Shown here in pieces: positions 8,414-17,737 of a stretch of 37,283 nt of DNA. A program made the position numbers and the translations under genes. This DNA is from Bacteroidetes bacterium UBA6491 (GTDB lineage: Bacteria; Bacteroidota; Bacteroidia; NS11-12g; UBA9320). A model generated the notes under the pieces. That model was not told the DNA's origin. It saw only the letters and a list, made by a program, of their open reading frames with translations, and did not search any database. Each line of letters starts with the position of its first letter. The first letter of the stretch is position 1. The stretch covers positions 5,715 to 42,997 of the forward strand of contig DJML01000052.1 of NCBI GenBank assembly GCA_002436505.1, written 5' to 3'.

Positions 8414-10677
8414 TGGTAAAGAAAAGAACCGGCAAAAAAAGGCAAAGTGAGTTGGTGAAGAAGATCTTGATCAGGATGTGGATCATATTTTTCGGAGGAC
8501 TTGCGCTATTTGCCCTATTTATGGTTACTGTCAGCTGGGGATGGTGGGGCTATATGCCGGACATCAAGACTTTGGAGAACCCCAAAATGATCCTGGCTAC
8601 CGAGATCTATTCTGCCGACGATGTTGTTATAGGAAAGATTTACAGGCATGAAGACCGCACAAAGATCACCTACAATGACATTCCGGAATCAATGGAGCAG
8701 GCCCTTCTTGCAACAGAGGATATCCGTTTCAGAAAACACAGCGGTATAGATCTGAGAAGTCTGACACGTGCTTTACTTTCCCTTGGAAGCAAAGGCGGCG
8801 GAAGTACAATAACCCAGCAGCTTGCCAAAAACATGTTCCATGAGCATTCGGGAGGAAGTTTGGACCGGATCCTGCAGAAATTTAAGGAGTGGGTCATCTC
8901 TGCCAGACTAGAGAACAGATATACAAAGGATGAAATACTGACGATGTATTTCAATGAGGTGATCTGGGGAAATAGCGCCGGTATAAAATCTGCATCTCAA
9001 ACCTTTTTTAATAAGGAGGTGAGTGAGCTTAACACACAGGAAGCAGCTATGCTGGTTGGTATGCTTAAAGCACCTACCCGTTATAACCCTAAACGCAATC
9101 CTGAAGCCGCTCTCGTAAGGAGAAATACGGTACTCAATCAAATGGAAAGGTATGATTTCCTTGATGAACCAACTTGTGATAGTTTAAAGAGCCTGCCAAT
9201 CGATCTGGATTATAATTATTCTTCGCACAACAAAGGCATGGCCACATATCTGCGTGAGCAAATCAGACTCTATATGCACCAATGGTGCAGTAAAAGAGGG
9301 CTGGACGTATATAACGACGGACTTAAGATCTACACGACCATTGATTCCCGCATTCAGAAATATGCTGAAGCCTCAGTAGCTGGTCATGTTGCTGAACTTC
9401 AGAAGATGTTCGTTAAAGAAACTGCTCGCGTACGGTCCGGGCCCTGGAGAATGGAAGAATCTGCCTATATGACAGATAAGTCCTATATCCCGAAACAAAT
9501 GAAAAGAACTCATCGGTACAGGTCTATGAAGAGAAATGGAAGTAGCACTGATGAGATAGAAAAAGAGTTTGAGACACCCAGGCAAATGAGCATTTTTGCA
9601 TGGGGTAGAGAAAACAATGAGGTAGACACGGTCATGTCCCCATTGGATTCACTTAAATACTACAAACAATTGTTTCATACCGGTTTTATGGCCATGGATC
9701 CACATACCGGGCACATAAAGGCCTGGGTAGGTGGAATAGATTTCGAATATTTTAAATACGACCATGTAAATGTCCGTTCTACCAGGCAGGTGGGCTCCAC
9801 ATTCAAGCCGATCGTTTATGCCCGGGCGTTGGAGGACCATGTTATTCATCCCTGTGAGAAAGTATCCACAGCACCCGTAACTTTTGAACTGGAAGATGGG
9901 AATACTTGGACCCCAAGAAACTCGGAAGACCCGGATGAGGATGAGCTTATGATCTATCAGGGGCTTCAGAAATCCATGAACACTGTTACTGCACTTGTGA
10001 TGAAGCGTATGGAACCAGGCTCTCCTTACAAGGTAAAAGACTTCTCTGATAAGTTGGGGATAGCCACGGATAAGTTTCAACCGTACCCATCCATCTGTCT
10101 CGGAACAATGGATATCTCTGTACAGGAAATGGTAAGCGCATACGCTGCTTTTGCCAATGAAGGTCAATGGATCCAACCAACATACATCACCAGGATCGAG
10201 GATAAGCACGGGAATGTGCTTGAAGAATTTATACCGACAACCCGTGAAGCAATGAGTAAACAGACGGCATATGTTATGTTACAAATGCTCGATAAGGTTA
10301 CAAGGGGTGGAGGAACCGCGGTAAGATTACGATACAAATACGGCATTACACAGCCAATGGGAGGTAAGACCGGAACAACACAGAACAACTCAGACGGATG
10401 GTTCATGGGGGTCACCCCGGACCTTGTAGCAGGCTGCTGGGTCGGTTGTGAGGACAGACAGGTTCGCTTCCTTAGTACACAACTGGGACAGGGAGCAAAC
10501 ATGGCTCTCCCCATCTATGCAAATTTTATTAAAAGTGTTTATTCAGATCCGACCATTAAGATCAATAAGGATGGGTTCCCTGAACCGGAAACCCGGTATG
10601 AAGTGGATCTGGACTGTGATGCTTACATTCAAAACAATGGACCTGGATCTCCCGATGATCAATTCTTATTAAGATAA
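8413..10677 (+). CDS. mrcA: Penicillin-binding protein 1A (bifunctional glycosyltransferase/transpeptidase)
   Basis: 754 aa. GT51 motifs EDIRFRKHSGID and GGSTITQQLAKN. Transpeptidase motifs STFKP, SMN and KTGT. N-terminal membrane anchor. Confidence 0.93.
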   Translation: MVKKRTGKKRQSELVKKILIRMWIIFFGGLALFALFMVTVSWGWWGYMPDIKTLENPKMILATEIYSADDVVIGKIYRHEDRTKITYNDIPESMEQALLATEDIRFRKHSGIDLRSLTRALLSLGSKGGGSTITQQLAKNMFHEHSGGSLDRILQKFKEWVISARLENRYTKDEILTMYFNEVIWGNSAGIKSASQTFFNKEVSELNTQEAAMLVGMLKAPTRYNPKRNPEAALVRRNTVLNQMERYDFLDEPTCDSLKSLPIDLDYNYSSHNKGMATYLREQIRLYMHQWCSKRGLDVYNDGLKIYTTIDSRIQKYAEASVAGHVAELQKMFVKETARVRSGPWRMEESAYMTDKSYIPKQMKRTHRYRSMKRNGSSTDEIEKEFETPRQMSIFAWGRENNEVDTVMSPLDSLKYYKQLFHTGFMAMDPHTGHIKAWVGGIDFEYFKYDHVNVRSTRQVGSTFKPIVYARALEDHVIHPCEKVSTAPVTFELEDGNTWTPRNSEDPDEDELMIYQGLQKSMNTVTALVMKRMEPGSPYKVKDFSDKLGIATDKFQPYPSICLGTMDISVQEMVSAYAAFANEGQWIQPTYITRIEDKHGNVLEEFIPTTREAMSKQTAYVMLQMLDKVTRGGGTAVRLRYKYGITQPMGGKTGTTQNNSDGWFMGVTPDLVAGCWVGCEDRQVRFLSTQLGQGANMALPIYANFIKSVYSDPTIKINKDGFPEPETRYEVDLDCDAYIQNNGPGSPDDQFLLR

Positions 10678-10691
10678 TTGAAACTAATACC

Positions 10692-13316
10692 CTAGAAATC
10701 GTCGTACCAGAAACCTTTTCGTGACAACTTCAGATCCTGAAGTACCTGCGCTTTCACACGTATCACAAAATCAAATTGCCTGTACTGTCCTGCTGGTATC
10801 CAACCAAAACTAAATTCCCAGCAATGCAGATTTCTGAAAAAATCGATCTTGGTAATCAGCAATTCCTTTTGCGTGAAATTATATCCGGACGAAAGAGCAA
10901 TTTTCCAGTTCTCTGTAAGTTTTAGGTCTCCATTAAATTGAATTGTCTGATTTTTAACCGCCTTTTCATCGAATTGACGAGACATGCTGTAAGTGTAAGA
11001 GAGGTTCAGGCTCCATGGTATTGAGAAATCGACGAAATATTCTCGGTAGTTGTTAATTACTTCCAGCTCCTGCTCCGTTCCTTTACTTGAAGTGAATTTC
11101 TTACGCGCTTCAGGATTAAGGTTCGTCGAAAATCCGAACCGTATATTCGTAAACCGTCCTACCCTTTGGTTTTCAGTTAATTCATACTCCTGAATCCTGA
11201 CATTTCTTTTTAGGGAGTCGTTGTACTGGAATGAATATGGATCAAGAGAACCGCTGAAATTCATTCTCAACACTTTAACCAAAGTGGTATTTCCACTTAG
11301 GCTGATATTTCTGATCTGCAGTGAATCTTTAAGAAAATCATACCCACTTGACATACTGAACGATTCTATCAGCTTAACTTTCTTGATGCCGCCATTGGTC
11401 GTATCCCTTTTGCTTAACACTTTCATCTCAAGGTTATTACCAATTCTAAGGTCCAAACTGCCGCTCTCCTGTCCAGAAGGTCGACCTGCAATTCCGTCTT
11501 CAAAGATTGAATACACAGATTTCCTTCCACTTTCATCAATCTGCACTTCCCTGTTTCCGAATTCTCCTACTGCAGTAAAATCCGGTTTGTAATTTGCTGA
11601 GATCGTCGGAGTCACAACATGACGTATCGCATTGATCTTTCTCCCTTTCTTTTTACTGTAGTGCATACCGTAGATCACAGTTGAAAGAGAAACATTAAAG
11701 CCATAGGTGCCGGCACGAGCAAATCCAGGCACCTCTTTCTCGAGAAGAGTATCTCCGGTCCATGTCTTCCTTATCGTCTTCACGTACCAGTAATCCGTAA
11801 AACTTACAGATGGGGAAATATTGAAATATTGAAATGCTTTAAATGATGTTGCAACGGGTATGGTATGCCTGATCCCGTTTGAAAAATCAGTTAATGCATC
11901 CATGTCAAGCGATCTTTCTTCACTACCGGTTTTTGGTTTAAAAATAGAATCCTGGTTAAACTTCAGTTTGTTCTGAAAACTCATGGTATACCCAAATCCT
12001 AAATTTCTCAACATCTGATATTTTTTCCGTGGTCCGGCTAATTTGGAGAACGGCTGCATACGGTTAAGGTTAAGGTTAACATTCGGCAGATCCAGATCTA
12101 CATCACCGTTGGATAAATTCTGATCCGCCCGGGCATTTACGGTCAGGTTAAGCTTGTTGCGCAACAATGACCGGGCGTAATTAATATTGGAATTGGCATT
12201 TGTTGAGACGATGTCATCTACGTCACGTGAATTATTTCGTTGCTGATCCTTTGTAACATAATTCACTTTTGCATTGAAGGAAGAACCCGGTCTTGCCTTG
12301 CTGTCCTTATTGTAGTTCCATACAACGCGATAATCTTTGCTTATGCGATAATCAGGTGATTCTTTCTCTCCAAATTCGTTGTAGTTATAATCAAATGTGA
12401 AATTCCCGTTGTACTTGTACCTTTTCCTGTACGCAGTTCTGAAGTGGAAACCGTAACTGCCCCGAAAGGAAACATCTCCGGTCAGCTGAAGATCAAGATG
12501 CTCTCCGATAGGCAAATAGTAGCCGAAACCCTGAATAAAGAATCCTCTCTGATCTGATTCTCCATACGCACCAGGAGGAATTATTCCTCGCGACCTTTCC
12601 TTTGATATAGGGAAAAATCCGAAGGGTATGACAACAGGCGTATTAACACCTGCGACCACCAGGTTGGCCGGTCCGCAGATGACCTGTTTCTCCGGAATCA
12701 CCTTGAATTTATCCGATTGAATATGAAAATGCGGTTCAGGGTGTGTACATGTAGTATAAGTGACACCCTTGAGAAAACTGACATTATTAGAATCTTTATA
12801 AACTTTGTCCGCGCGAATAAAACCTTCGGCTTCTACCAGCATCACCCCTTTAGAAGTACCCCTTTTGGTTTTGAAATTATACTTCATTTCACGGGCGTTG
12901 TACTTGTCGTCATTTAGGGTAAATACCGGCTCTCCCTGCATCTTTCCAGCTGAATCTGCCACACCGACGGCGATCACTTCATTGGCGTCAAAATCAACCG
13001 TTATGAAATCTGCCTCCAGTTTCATGTTCTCGTATTCGACAATGGCTTTATAATAGAGATAGACCATTCGTTCCTTTAGATCGAACCTGATCGAATCTTC
13101 CGCGCTGTACTTTACCTTAGAGGTCAATGTGGAGCTTGGGAACTTCATTACAGCTGTGTCCTTGCCTCCTTCAATTGTATCCTTTGCTATTATTGCTGAA
13201 TCCGATAACGGCACAGATGTTGTATCTGTTTGTGCATAAATTTGTACATTTATACAGACGGCAAACACCAAAAGTGCAAAAATGATATGGTTACGCATGT
13301 TCGTAACAAGTGTCAT
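10692..13316 (-). CDS. Bacteroidota-type LPS assembly protein LptD-like (large outer-membrane beta-barrel)
   Basis: 874 aa with a signal peptide. Blocks such as VNTPVVIPFGFFPIS, RTAYRKRYKYNGNF and the terminal FWYDDF match my recollection of Bacteroidota putative-LptD proteins. Divergent from an amidase-MlaD pair, as is usual in this phylum. The start may instead be ATG 13298 (MRNHIIF...). Confidence 0.75.
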   Translation of the reverse strand: MTLVTNMRNHIIFALLVFAVCINVQIYAQTDTTSVPLSDSAIIAKDTIEGGKDTAVMKFPSSTLTSKVKYSAEDSIRFDLKERMVYLYYKAIVEYENMKLEADFITVDFDANEVIAVGVADSAGKMQGEPVFTLNDDKYNAREMKYNFKTKRGTSKGVMLVEAEGFIRADKVYKDSNNVSFLKGVTYTTCTHPEPHFHIQSDKFKVIPEKQVICGPANLVVAGVNTPVVIPFGFFPISKERSRGIIPPGAYGESDQRGFFIQGFGYYLPIGEHLDLQLTGDVSFRGSYGFHFRTAYRKRYKYNGNFTFDYNYNEFGEKESPDYRISKDYRVVWNYNKDSKARPGSSFNAKVNYVTKDQQRNNSRDVDDIVSTNANSNINYARSLLRNKLNLTVNARADQNLSNGDVDLDLPNVNLNLNRMQPFSKLAGPRKKYQMLRNLGFGYTMSFQNKLKFNQDSIFKPKTGSEERSLDMDALTDFSNGIRHTIPVATSFKAFQYFNISPSVSFTDYWYVKTIRKTWTGDTLLEKEVPGFARAGTYGFNVSLSTVIYGMHYSKKKGRKINAIRHVVTPTISANYKPDFTAVGEFGNREVQIDESGRKSVYSIFEDGIAGRPSGQESGSLDLRIGNNLEMKVLSKRDTTNGGIKKVKLIESFSMSSGYDFLKDSLQIRNISLSGNTTLVKVLRMNFSGSLDPYSFQYNDSLKRNVRIQEYELTENQRVGRFTNIRFGFSTNLNPEARKKFTSSKGTEQELEVINNYREYFVDFSIPWSLNLSYTYSMSRQFDEKAVKNQTIQFNGDLKLTENWKIALSSGYNFTQKELLITKIDFFRNLHCWEFSFGWIPAGQYRQFDFVIRVKAQVLQDLKLSRKGFWYDDF

Positions 13317-13397
13317 CAGCCTAAATTTGAATTAGCGGGTTAGGCCATAATTCCATTTGAAGCGAAACGCCGCAAACAGGTTTATGGGATATTGGCG

Positions 13398-13405
13398 CAA
13401 AACTA
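13398..13405 (-). promoter_or_regulatory. -7 box TAGTTTTG upstream of the LptD-like gene
   Basis: The plus strand reads CAAAACTA. Exact match, 81 nt before ATG 13316 and 99 nt before ATG 13298. Confidence 0.3.
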
Positions 13406-13471
13406 CAGAATATTAAAGTCCTTTTGGTTGACATTTTAAACCTGTTTATAAAGTTATTTATATCTATTAGC

Positions 13472-14272
13472 ATGAATCGATTGTTCGGAAAAAAGTTTAT
13501 AACCATTTTACTCATAGGCTGTTTTGTCTTTATTGCCAACAGCCAGCCGTACACTTTAAAGAACACAAAGGTGCGCACTATAGTGATCGATGCCGGGCAT
13601 GGAGGCAAGGACCCTGGCTGTATCGGGTACGGTAAAGATGTTATGGAAAAGGACGTTGCGCTAGATATAGCTTTACGGATCGGTAAATATCTGGACGACA
13701 GCCTCTCGAATGTGAAGATCATATACACCCGGAAAACTGATAATTTCGTGCCACTCTTTGAAAGAGCAGCGAACGCGAACAAGAACAATGCAGATCTGTT
13801 CATTTCGATCCATTGCAATGCAAACGAGAGCAAGATCCCGACCGGAACAGAGACATATATAATGGGGTTGCATAAGACAGAGGGCAACCTTGAAGTCAGT
13901 AAAAGGGAGAACCAGGCTATTCTTCTTGAAGAAGGATATAAAGAAAATGAGGCTTACCAGGGATTTGACCCGAATTCAGATGAGGCACATATTATTTTTA
14001 GCCTGTATCAGAATGCCTACAGAAACCAAAGCCTTATTCTGGCCTCCAAATTCCAGCATGAGGTTGAAAAAAGAAAGATCAGGCCAAACCGGGGGGTTAA
14101 AGAAGCTGGTTTTCTGGTCCTTTGGAAAACAACAATGCCGTCCATTCTGGTAGAGACAGGTTTCCTTACAAATCCCGATGACAAGAAATTTTTAACATCC
14201 GATGATGGGAAGGATGAAATAGCCCTATCAGTGATGGAAGCTGTTAAAGGATATGTGAAAGAACTTAACTAA
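13472..14272 (+). CDS. N-acetylmuramoyl-L-alanine amidase (Amidase_3)
   Basis: VIDAGHGGKDPG and DLFISIHCNA zinc-ligand motifs. Signal peptide MNRLFGKKFITILLIGCFVFIANS. The track start at 13424 is TTG, so I prefer the first ATG at 13472. Confidence 0.9.
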   Translation: MNRLFGKKFITILLIGCFVFIANSQPYTLKNTKVRTIVIDAGHGGKDPGCIGYGKDVMEKDVALDIALRIGKYLDDSLSNVKIIYTRKTDNFVPLFERAANANKNNADLFISIHCNANESKIPTGTETYIMGLHKTEGNLEVSKRENQAILLEEGYKENEAYQGFDPNSDEAHIIFSLYQNAYRNQSLILASKFQHEVEKRKIRPNRGVKEAGFLVLWKTTMPSILVETGFLTNPDDKKFLTSDDGKDEIALSVMEAVKGYVKELN

Positions 14273-14331
14273 GTGTGAGATTATCAACATTTAAAGTGTT
14301 ACAGCGTTCCTATTACCAGTCATCTAATTAC

Positions 14332-14339
14332 TATCTTTG
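14332..14339 (+). promoter_or_regulatory. -7 box TATCTTTG upstream of the MlaD-family gene
   Basis: Exact TAnnTTTG match, 19 nt before ATG 14359. Confidence 0.4.
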
Positions 14340-14358
14340 AACCCGTAAGACGAAAACG

Positions 14359-15339
14359 ATGAAAGTATCGAACGAAACTAAGGTTGGCATACTTGCAGCT
14401 ATATCCATTACTATTCTGGTACTGGGATATAATTTTATGCGAGGAAAGAACCTTTGGACCAAGACAAAAACATACTATGCTGCATATGAAGAGGTCGATG
14501 GTCTATTTGCCTCAAATCCTGTCGTTGTAAATGGTTTCAACATTGGCCAGGTAGAATCTGTTAAAATGGACCCGAAATCCCTTAAACTTATAGTTGGAGT
14601 GCGCATTCCGGATGACATAGATGTTCCGATCAACTCTACCCTTCGGATCGTTAATAATGATATGGTGGGCAGCAAAGCTATTGAATTAATAAGAGGCAGT
14701 GCAAGCGCATTTGCCAGTGATGGCGACACCCTGGCTTCGGACAGGGATGCCAACATCGTTGAAGCAGTGAGCGAAGTTCTTACGCCCTTGTCGAAAAGTC
14801 TGAAACAGGTACTTGCACACATCGATTCTGCAATTTCCGGGGTTGATCTTCAAAGCACAATGAAAGATCTTTCAGATGCCCTGGGTGCTTTTAGTAAAAC
14901 AACAAGATTATTGAAAAGCAAGATCGAAGAGGAATCGGATAAACTATCGAGTATCATTGGAAATGTTAGTGACATCACCGATGACATCAAGCAAAGTACA
15001 CCAGTGATACGTAACATGATCTCACAGCTGGACAGCGCATCAGGCATGTTCGCACGAATGGAACTTGACTCCCTGATCGCCGGTTTTGATCTTGCCCTCA
15101 AAGATATCAGTAAAACAATGGGCGCTATTCAGGAAGGCCAGGGCACACTTGGAAAACTGGCAACAGACGATGCTGTATTTGATAATCTGAATAATATGCT
15201 GGTAAGCCTTGATTCCCTTGCTAAAGATATACAAAGATACCCTGACCGATACATTGTTATCAGAGAGAAAAACAGGCAAAAGGCAACTGAACGCAAGAAA
15301 AAGGACGAAGAAGCTGAATTGCAGGAAGAGGTCAAATAA
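14359..15339 (+). CDS. MlaD/Mce family protein
   Basis: 326 aa. N-terminal anchor (KVGILAAISITILVLGYNF), then an Mce-type beta-barrel region (VDGLFASNPVVVNGFNIGQVESV) and a long helical C-terminus. Confidence 0.8.
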   Translation: MKVSNETKVGILAAISITILVLGYNFMRGKNLWTKTKTYYAAYEEVDGLFASNPVVVNGFNIGQVESVKMDPKSLKLIVGVRIPDDIDVPINSTLRIVNNDMVGSKAIELIRGSASAFASDGDTLASDRDANIVEAVSEVLTPLSKSLKQVLAHIDSAISGVDLQSTMKDLSDALGAFSKTTRLLKSKIEEESDKLSSIIGNVSDITDDIKQSTPVIRNMISQLDSASGMFARMELDSLIAGFDLALKDISKTMGAIQEGQGTLGKLATDDAVFDNLNNMLVSLDSLAKDIQRYPDRYIVIREKNRQKATERKKKDEEAELQEEVK

Positions 15340-15344
15340 CTGTT

Positions 15345-16394
15345 TTAAATAGCTGCCAGTTCATGTACCAGAGGCGGTCCGCCATAAATGAATCCGGTAT
15401 AGATCTGGATCAATCCTGCACCGGCCTCCAATCTCATTTTCGCATTCTCAGCAGAACTGATTCCACCAACCCCTATCAATGGAATAGTACCTCCTGATCT
15501 GTCGTTGATATATTGAAGAATTTCCTGTGATCGATGTGTCAATGGTTGACCGCTTAATCCGCCTGCGCCGATCTTACTAACCGCTTCTTCAGGCGTTGTT
15601 AATCCTTCTCTCGAGATGGTCGTGTTTGTAGCTATCAACCCATCCAGATCTGATTCCATCGCGATCTCTATTACATCATCAAGCTGCCCTTCCGTCAGGT
15701 CGGGAGCTATCTTTAAAAGCAAGGGGCGGTAGGGCAACTCATTAAATTCCTTCTCTTTTTCCTTTCGCAGTTTTGAAAGGGCATTAATGATATTAAGCAA
15801 AGGTTCTTTGTCCTGAAGCGCCCTTAAATTGGGGGTGTTTGGTGAACTTACATTGATAACGAAATAATCCACCAGTGGATACAACTTTTCATAACACGCC
15901 GTATAATCATTCACAGCCTCTTCGTTAGGTGTTATCTTGTTCTTTCCTATGTTACCACCTATCACCGGCCTTGGGTCATTCGTACGAATGTTTCTCCTGT
16001 AGTCTTCTAATTTATTGACAATGGCATCAACTCCATCGTTGTTGAAACCCATTCTGTTGATAAGCGCTTTGTCCGATGGCAAACGGAACAATCTCGGTTT
16101 CGGATTACCAATCTGTCCTTTGGGCGTTACCGTGCCTACTTCTATATGTCCAAACCCCAGCAAAGCAAGATCCCGAATATGACCTCCGTTCTTATCGAAC
16201 CCTGCGGCAATACCCAGTTTATTTGGAAATTTCAGTCCACAGAATTCAGTCTCCACTGTTTCTGTTCGCTTACTGATGAAGATCTTTTTCAGTAGCGGAA
16301 CACGAAGAAACACGTGAAGTACATTAAGTGTGAACTTGTGAGCAGTCTCTGGATCGAGAACAAAAAGAATGTTACGTACGAGATTGTACACCAT
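15345..16394 (-). CDS. pyrD: Dihydroorotate dehydrogenase (quinone), class 2
   Basis: Motifs RMGFNNDG and INVSSPNTPNLR (Ser catalytic base, class 2), plus the GGI...GA C-terminus. The track start at 16406 is TTG and lies inside a -7 box, so I prefer ATG 16394 (MVYNLV...). Confidence 0.93.
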   Translation of the reverse strand: MVYNLVRNILFVLDPETAHKFTLNVLHVFLRVPLLKKIFISKRTETVETEFCGLKFPNKLGIAAGFDKNGGHIRDLALLGFGHIEVGTVTPKGQIGNPKPRLFRLPSDKALINRMGFNNDGVDAIVNKLEDYRRNIRTNDPRPVIGGNIGKNKITPNEEAVNDYTACYEKLYPLVDYFVINVSSPNTPNLRALQDKEPLLNIINALSKLRKEKEKEFNELPYRPLLLKIAPDLTEGQLDDVIEIAMESDLDGLIATNTTISREGLTTPEEAVSKIGAGGLSGQPLTHRSQEILQYINDRSGGTIPLIGVGGISSAENAKMRLEAGAGLIQIYTGFIYGGPPLVHELAAI

Positions 16395-16403
16395 TTTTTG
16401 TGG

Positions 16404-16411
16404 CAAATGTA
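16404..16411 (-). promoter_or_regulatory. -7 box TACATTTG upstream of pyrD
   Basis: The plus strand reads CAAATGTA. On the minus strand this is an exact match, 9 nt before the ATG at 16394. Confidence 0.4.
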
Positions 16412-16496
16412 CAATTCATAGTGGAACATTTCTCCGATAAACGAGCACGGCTGTTTCAGAATTAAGATATAAATTCGAACCGAAATACGAATTGTT

Positions 16497-17732
16497 ATGA
16501 GCATCTGGCTGAATTTACCTGAGAACACAGACTTCACTATTGATAATATCCCGTTCGGTATTGCCGAAATAGATGGTAAAACAAGGGTGGTCTCTGCCAT
16601 CGGAGATTACGTGATCCATCTCCGAAAAGCACATCATTACGGTGTTTTCGGGGATCTGATCCATGATGCGTCCATCTTTGAAAGAAAACACCTCAATGAC
16701 TTCATTCGGTTAGGGAAGTCAACAACCAGTGCGCTCCGTCAGAAACTAATAGACGGACTTACGAACAATGCAAGTGCCTTGTCAGAGCATCGCGAAAAGA
16801 TACTGATCCCGATCACAGATGTGCAAATGTGTCTCCCTTTGAAGATCGGCAATTACACAGATTTTTATTCAAGCCTCGAACATGCTACGAACGTTGGTAA
16901 AATGTTTCGTCCTGACAACCCACTGTTACCAAACTGGAAACATATGCCAATTGGTTATCATGGCAGGGCATCTTCGATCGTTGTTTCCGGGACGCCGATA
17001 AAAAGACCAAACGGTCAGACAATGCCTCCCGATGCAGAGAAACCGGTTTATGGCCCAAGCAAAAGACTTGATATCGAACTTGAAATGGCCTTTGTTGTAG
17101 GAAAAGATTCCTCACTCGGCGATCAGGTAAAAATCAAAAATGCCGAGGATTACATATTTGGCATGGTGTTATTCAACGACTGGTCCGCAAGAGACATTCA
17201 AAAATGGGAGTACGTTCCTTTAGGTCCATTTCTTGGGAAGAACTTCGGTTCAACTATTTCGCCCTGGGTAATTACCATGGACGCATTGGAACCATTCAGA
17301 ACTTCAGGCCCTGAACAAATCCCCGAACCACTTCCTTACCTGCGCAACTCAGGAAATCATTCTTTTAATATAAAACTGGAAGTTGAACTCACAACAGCTA
17401 ATGGTGAACGGGGCACGATCTGTACATCAAACTTCAAATACCTCTACTGGAACATGGCGCAGCAGCTGGCACACCATACAGTAAATGGTTGCAATATTTG
17501 TGTTGGTGACCTTATGGCCTCGGGAACGATCAGTGGAAAAACAAAGAATTCCTTTGGATCTATGCTGGAGTTAAGCTGGGGCGGGAAAGAAGAAATAACC
17601 ATTAATGGTGGCGTTACTCGCAAATTTCTTGAAGATGGTGACTCAATAAACCTTCGTGGCACCTGTACAAAAGGAAGCAAAAGAATAGGTTTCGGTCCAT
17701 GCGAGGGCACAATTTTGCCTGCAGTAAAATAG
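16497..17732 (+). CDS. fahA: Fumarylacetoacetase
   Basis: 411 aa. Both the N-terminal FAH domain (NIPFGI...) and the C-terminal FAA-hydrolase fold (DFYSS..H, ELEMAFVVGK, FNDWSARDIQKWEYVPLGPF) are recognisable. Confidence 0.92.
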   Translation: MSIWLNLPENTDFTIDNIPFGIAEIDGKTRVVSAIGDYVIHLRKAHHYGVFGDLIHDASIFERKHLNDFIRLGKSTTSALRQKLIDGLTNNASALSEHREKILIPITDVQMCLPLKIGNYTDFYSSLEHATNVGKMFRPDNPLLPNWKHMPIGYHGRASSIVVSGTPIKRPNGQTMPPDAEKPVYGPSKRLDIELEMAFVVGKDSSLGDQVKIKNAEDYIFGMVLFNDWSARDIQKWEYVPLGPFLGKNFGSTISPWVITMDALEPFRTSGPEQIPEPLPYLRNSGNHSFNIKLEVELTTANGERGTICTSNFKYLYWNMAQQLAHHTVNGCNICVGDLMASGTISGKTKNSFGSMLELSWGGKEEITINGGVTRKFLEDGDSINLRGTCTKGSKRIGFGPCEGTILPAVK

Positions 17733-17737
17733 AACTT

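Noticed and set aside
9649-10514. Minus-strand ORFs of 186, 116 and 65 aa inside the PBP1A gene.
   Set aside because: They are antisense to a gene in which every catalytic motif is in frame. Their composition is that of a shadow frame, and no promoter box or signal is present.
13321-13887. 188-aa minus-strand ORF spanning the LptD/amidase intergenic region and the amidase 5' half.
   Set aside because: It overlaps the well-supported Amidase_3 gene on the opposite strand. The sequence is low-complexity and hydrophobic with no recognisable domain. It would also place a gene across the divergent promoter region.
16497-17732. Fumarylacetoacetase, considered as the marker of a homogentisate/tyrosine catabolic island.
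   Set aside because: No hppD, hmgA or maleylacetoacetate isomerase gene is adjacent. The flanking genes are unrelated housekeeping genes, so this is a scattered pathway gene and not an island.
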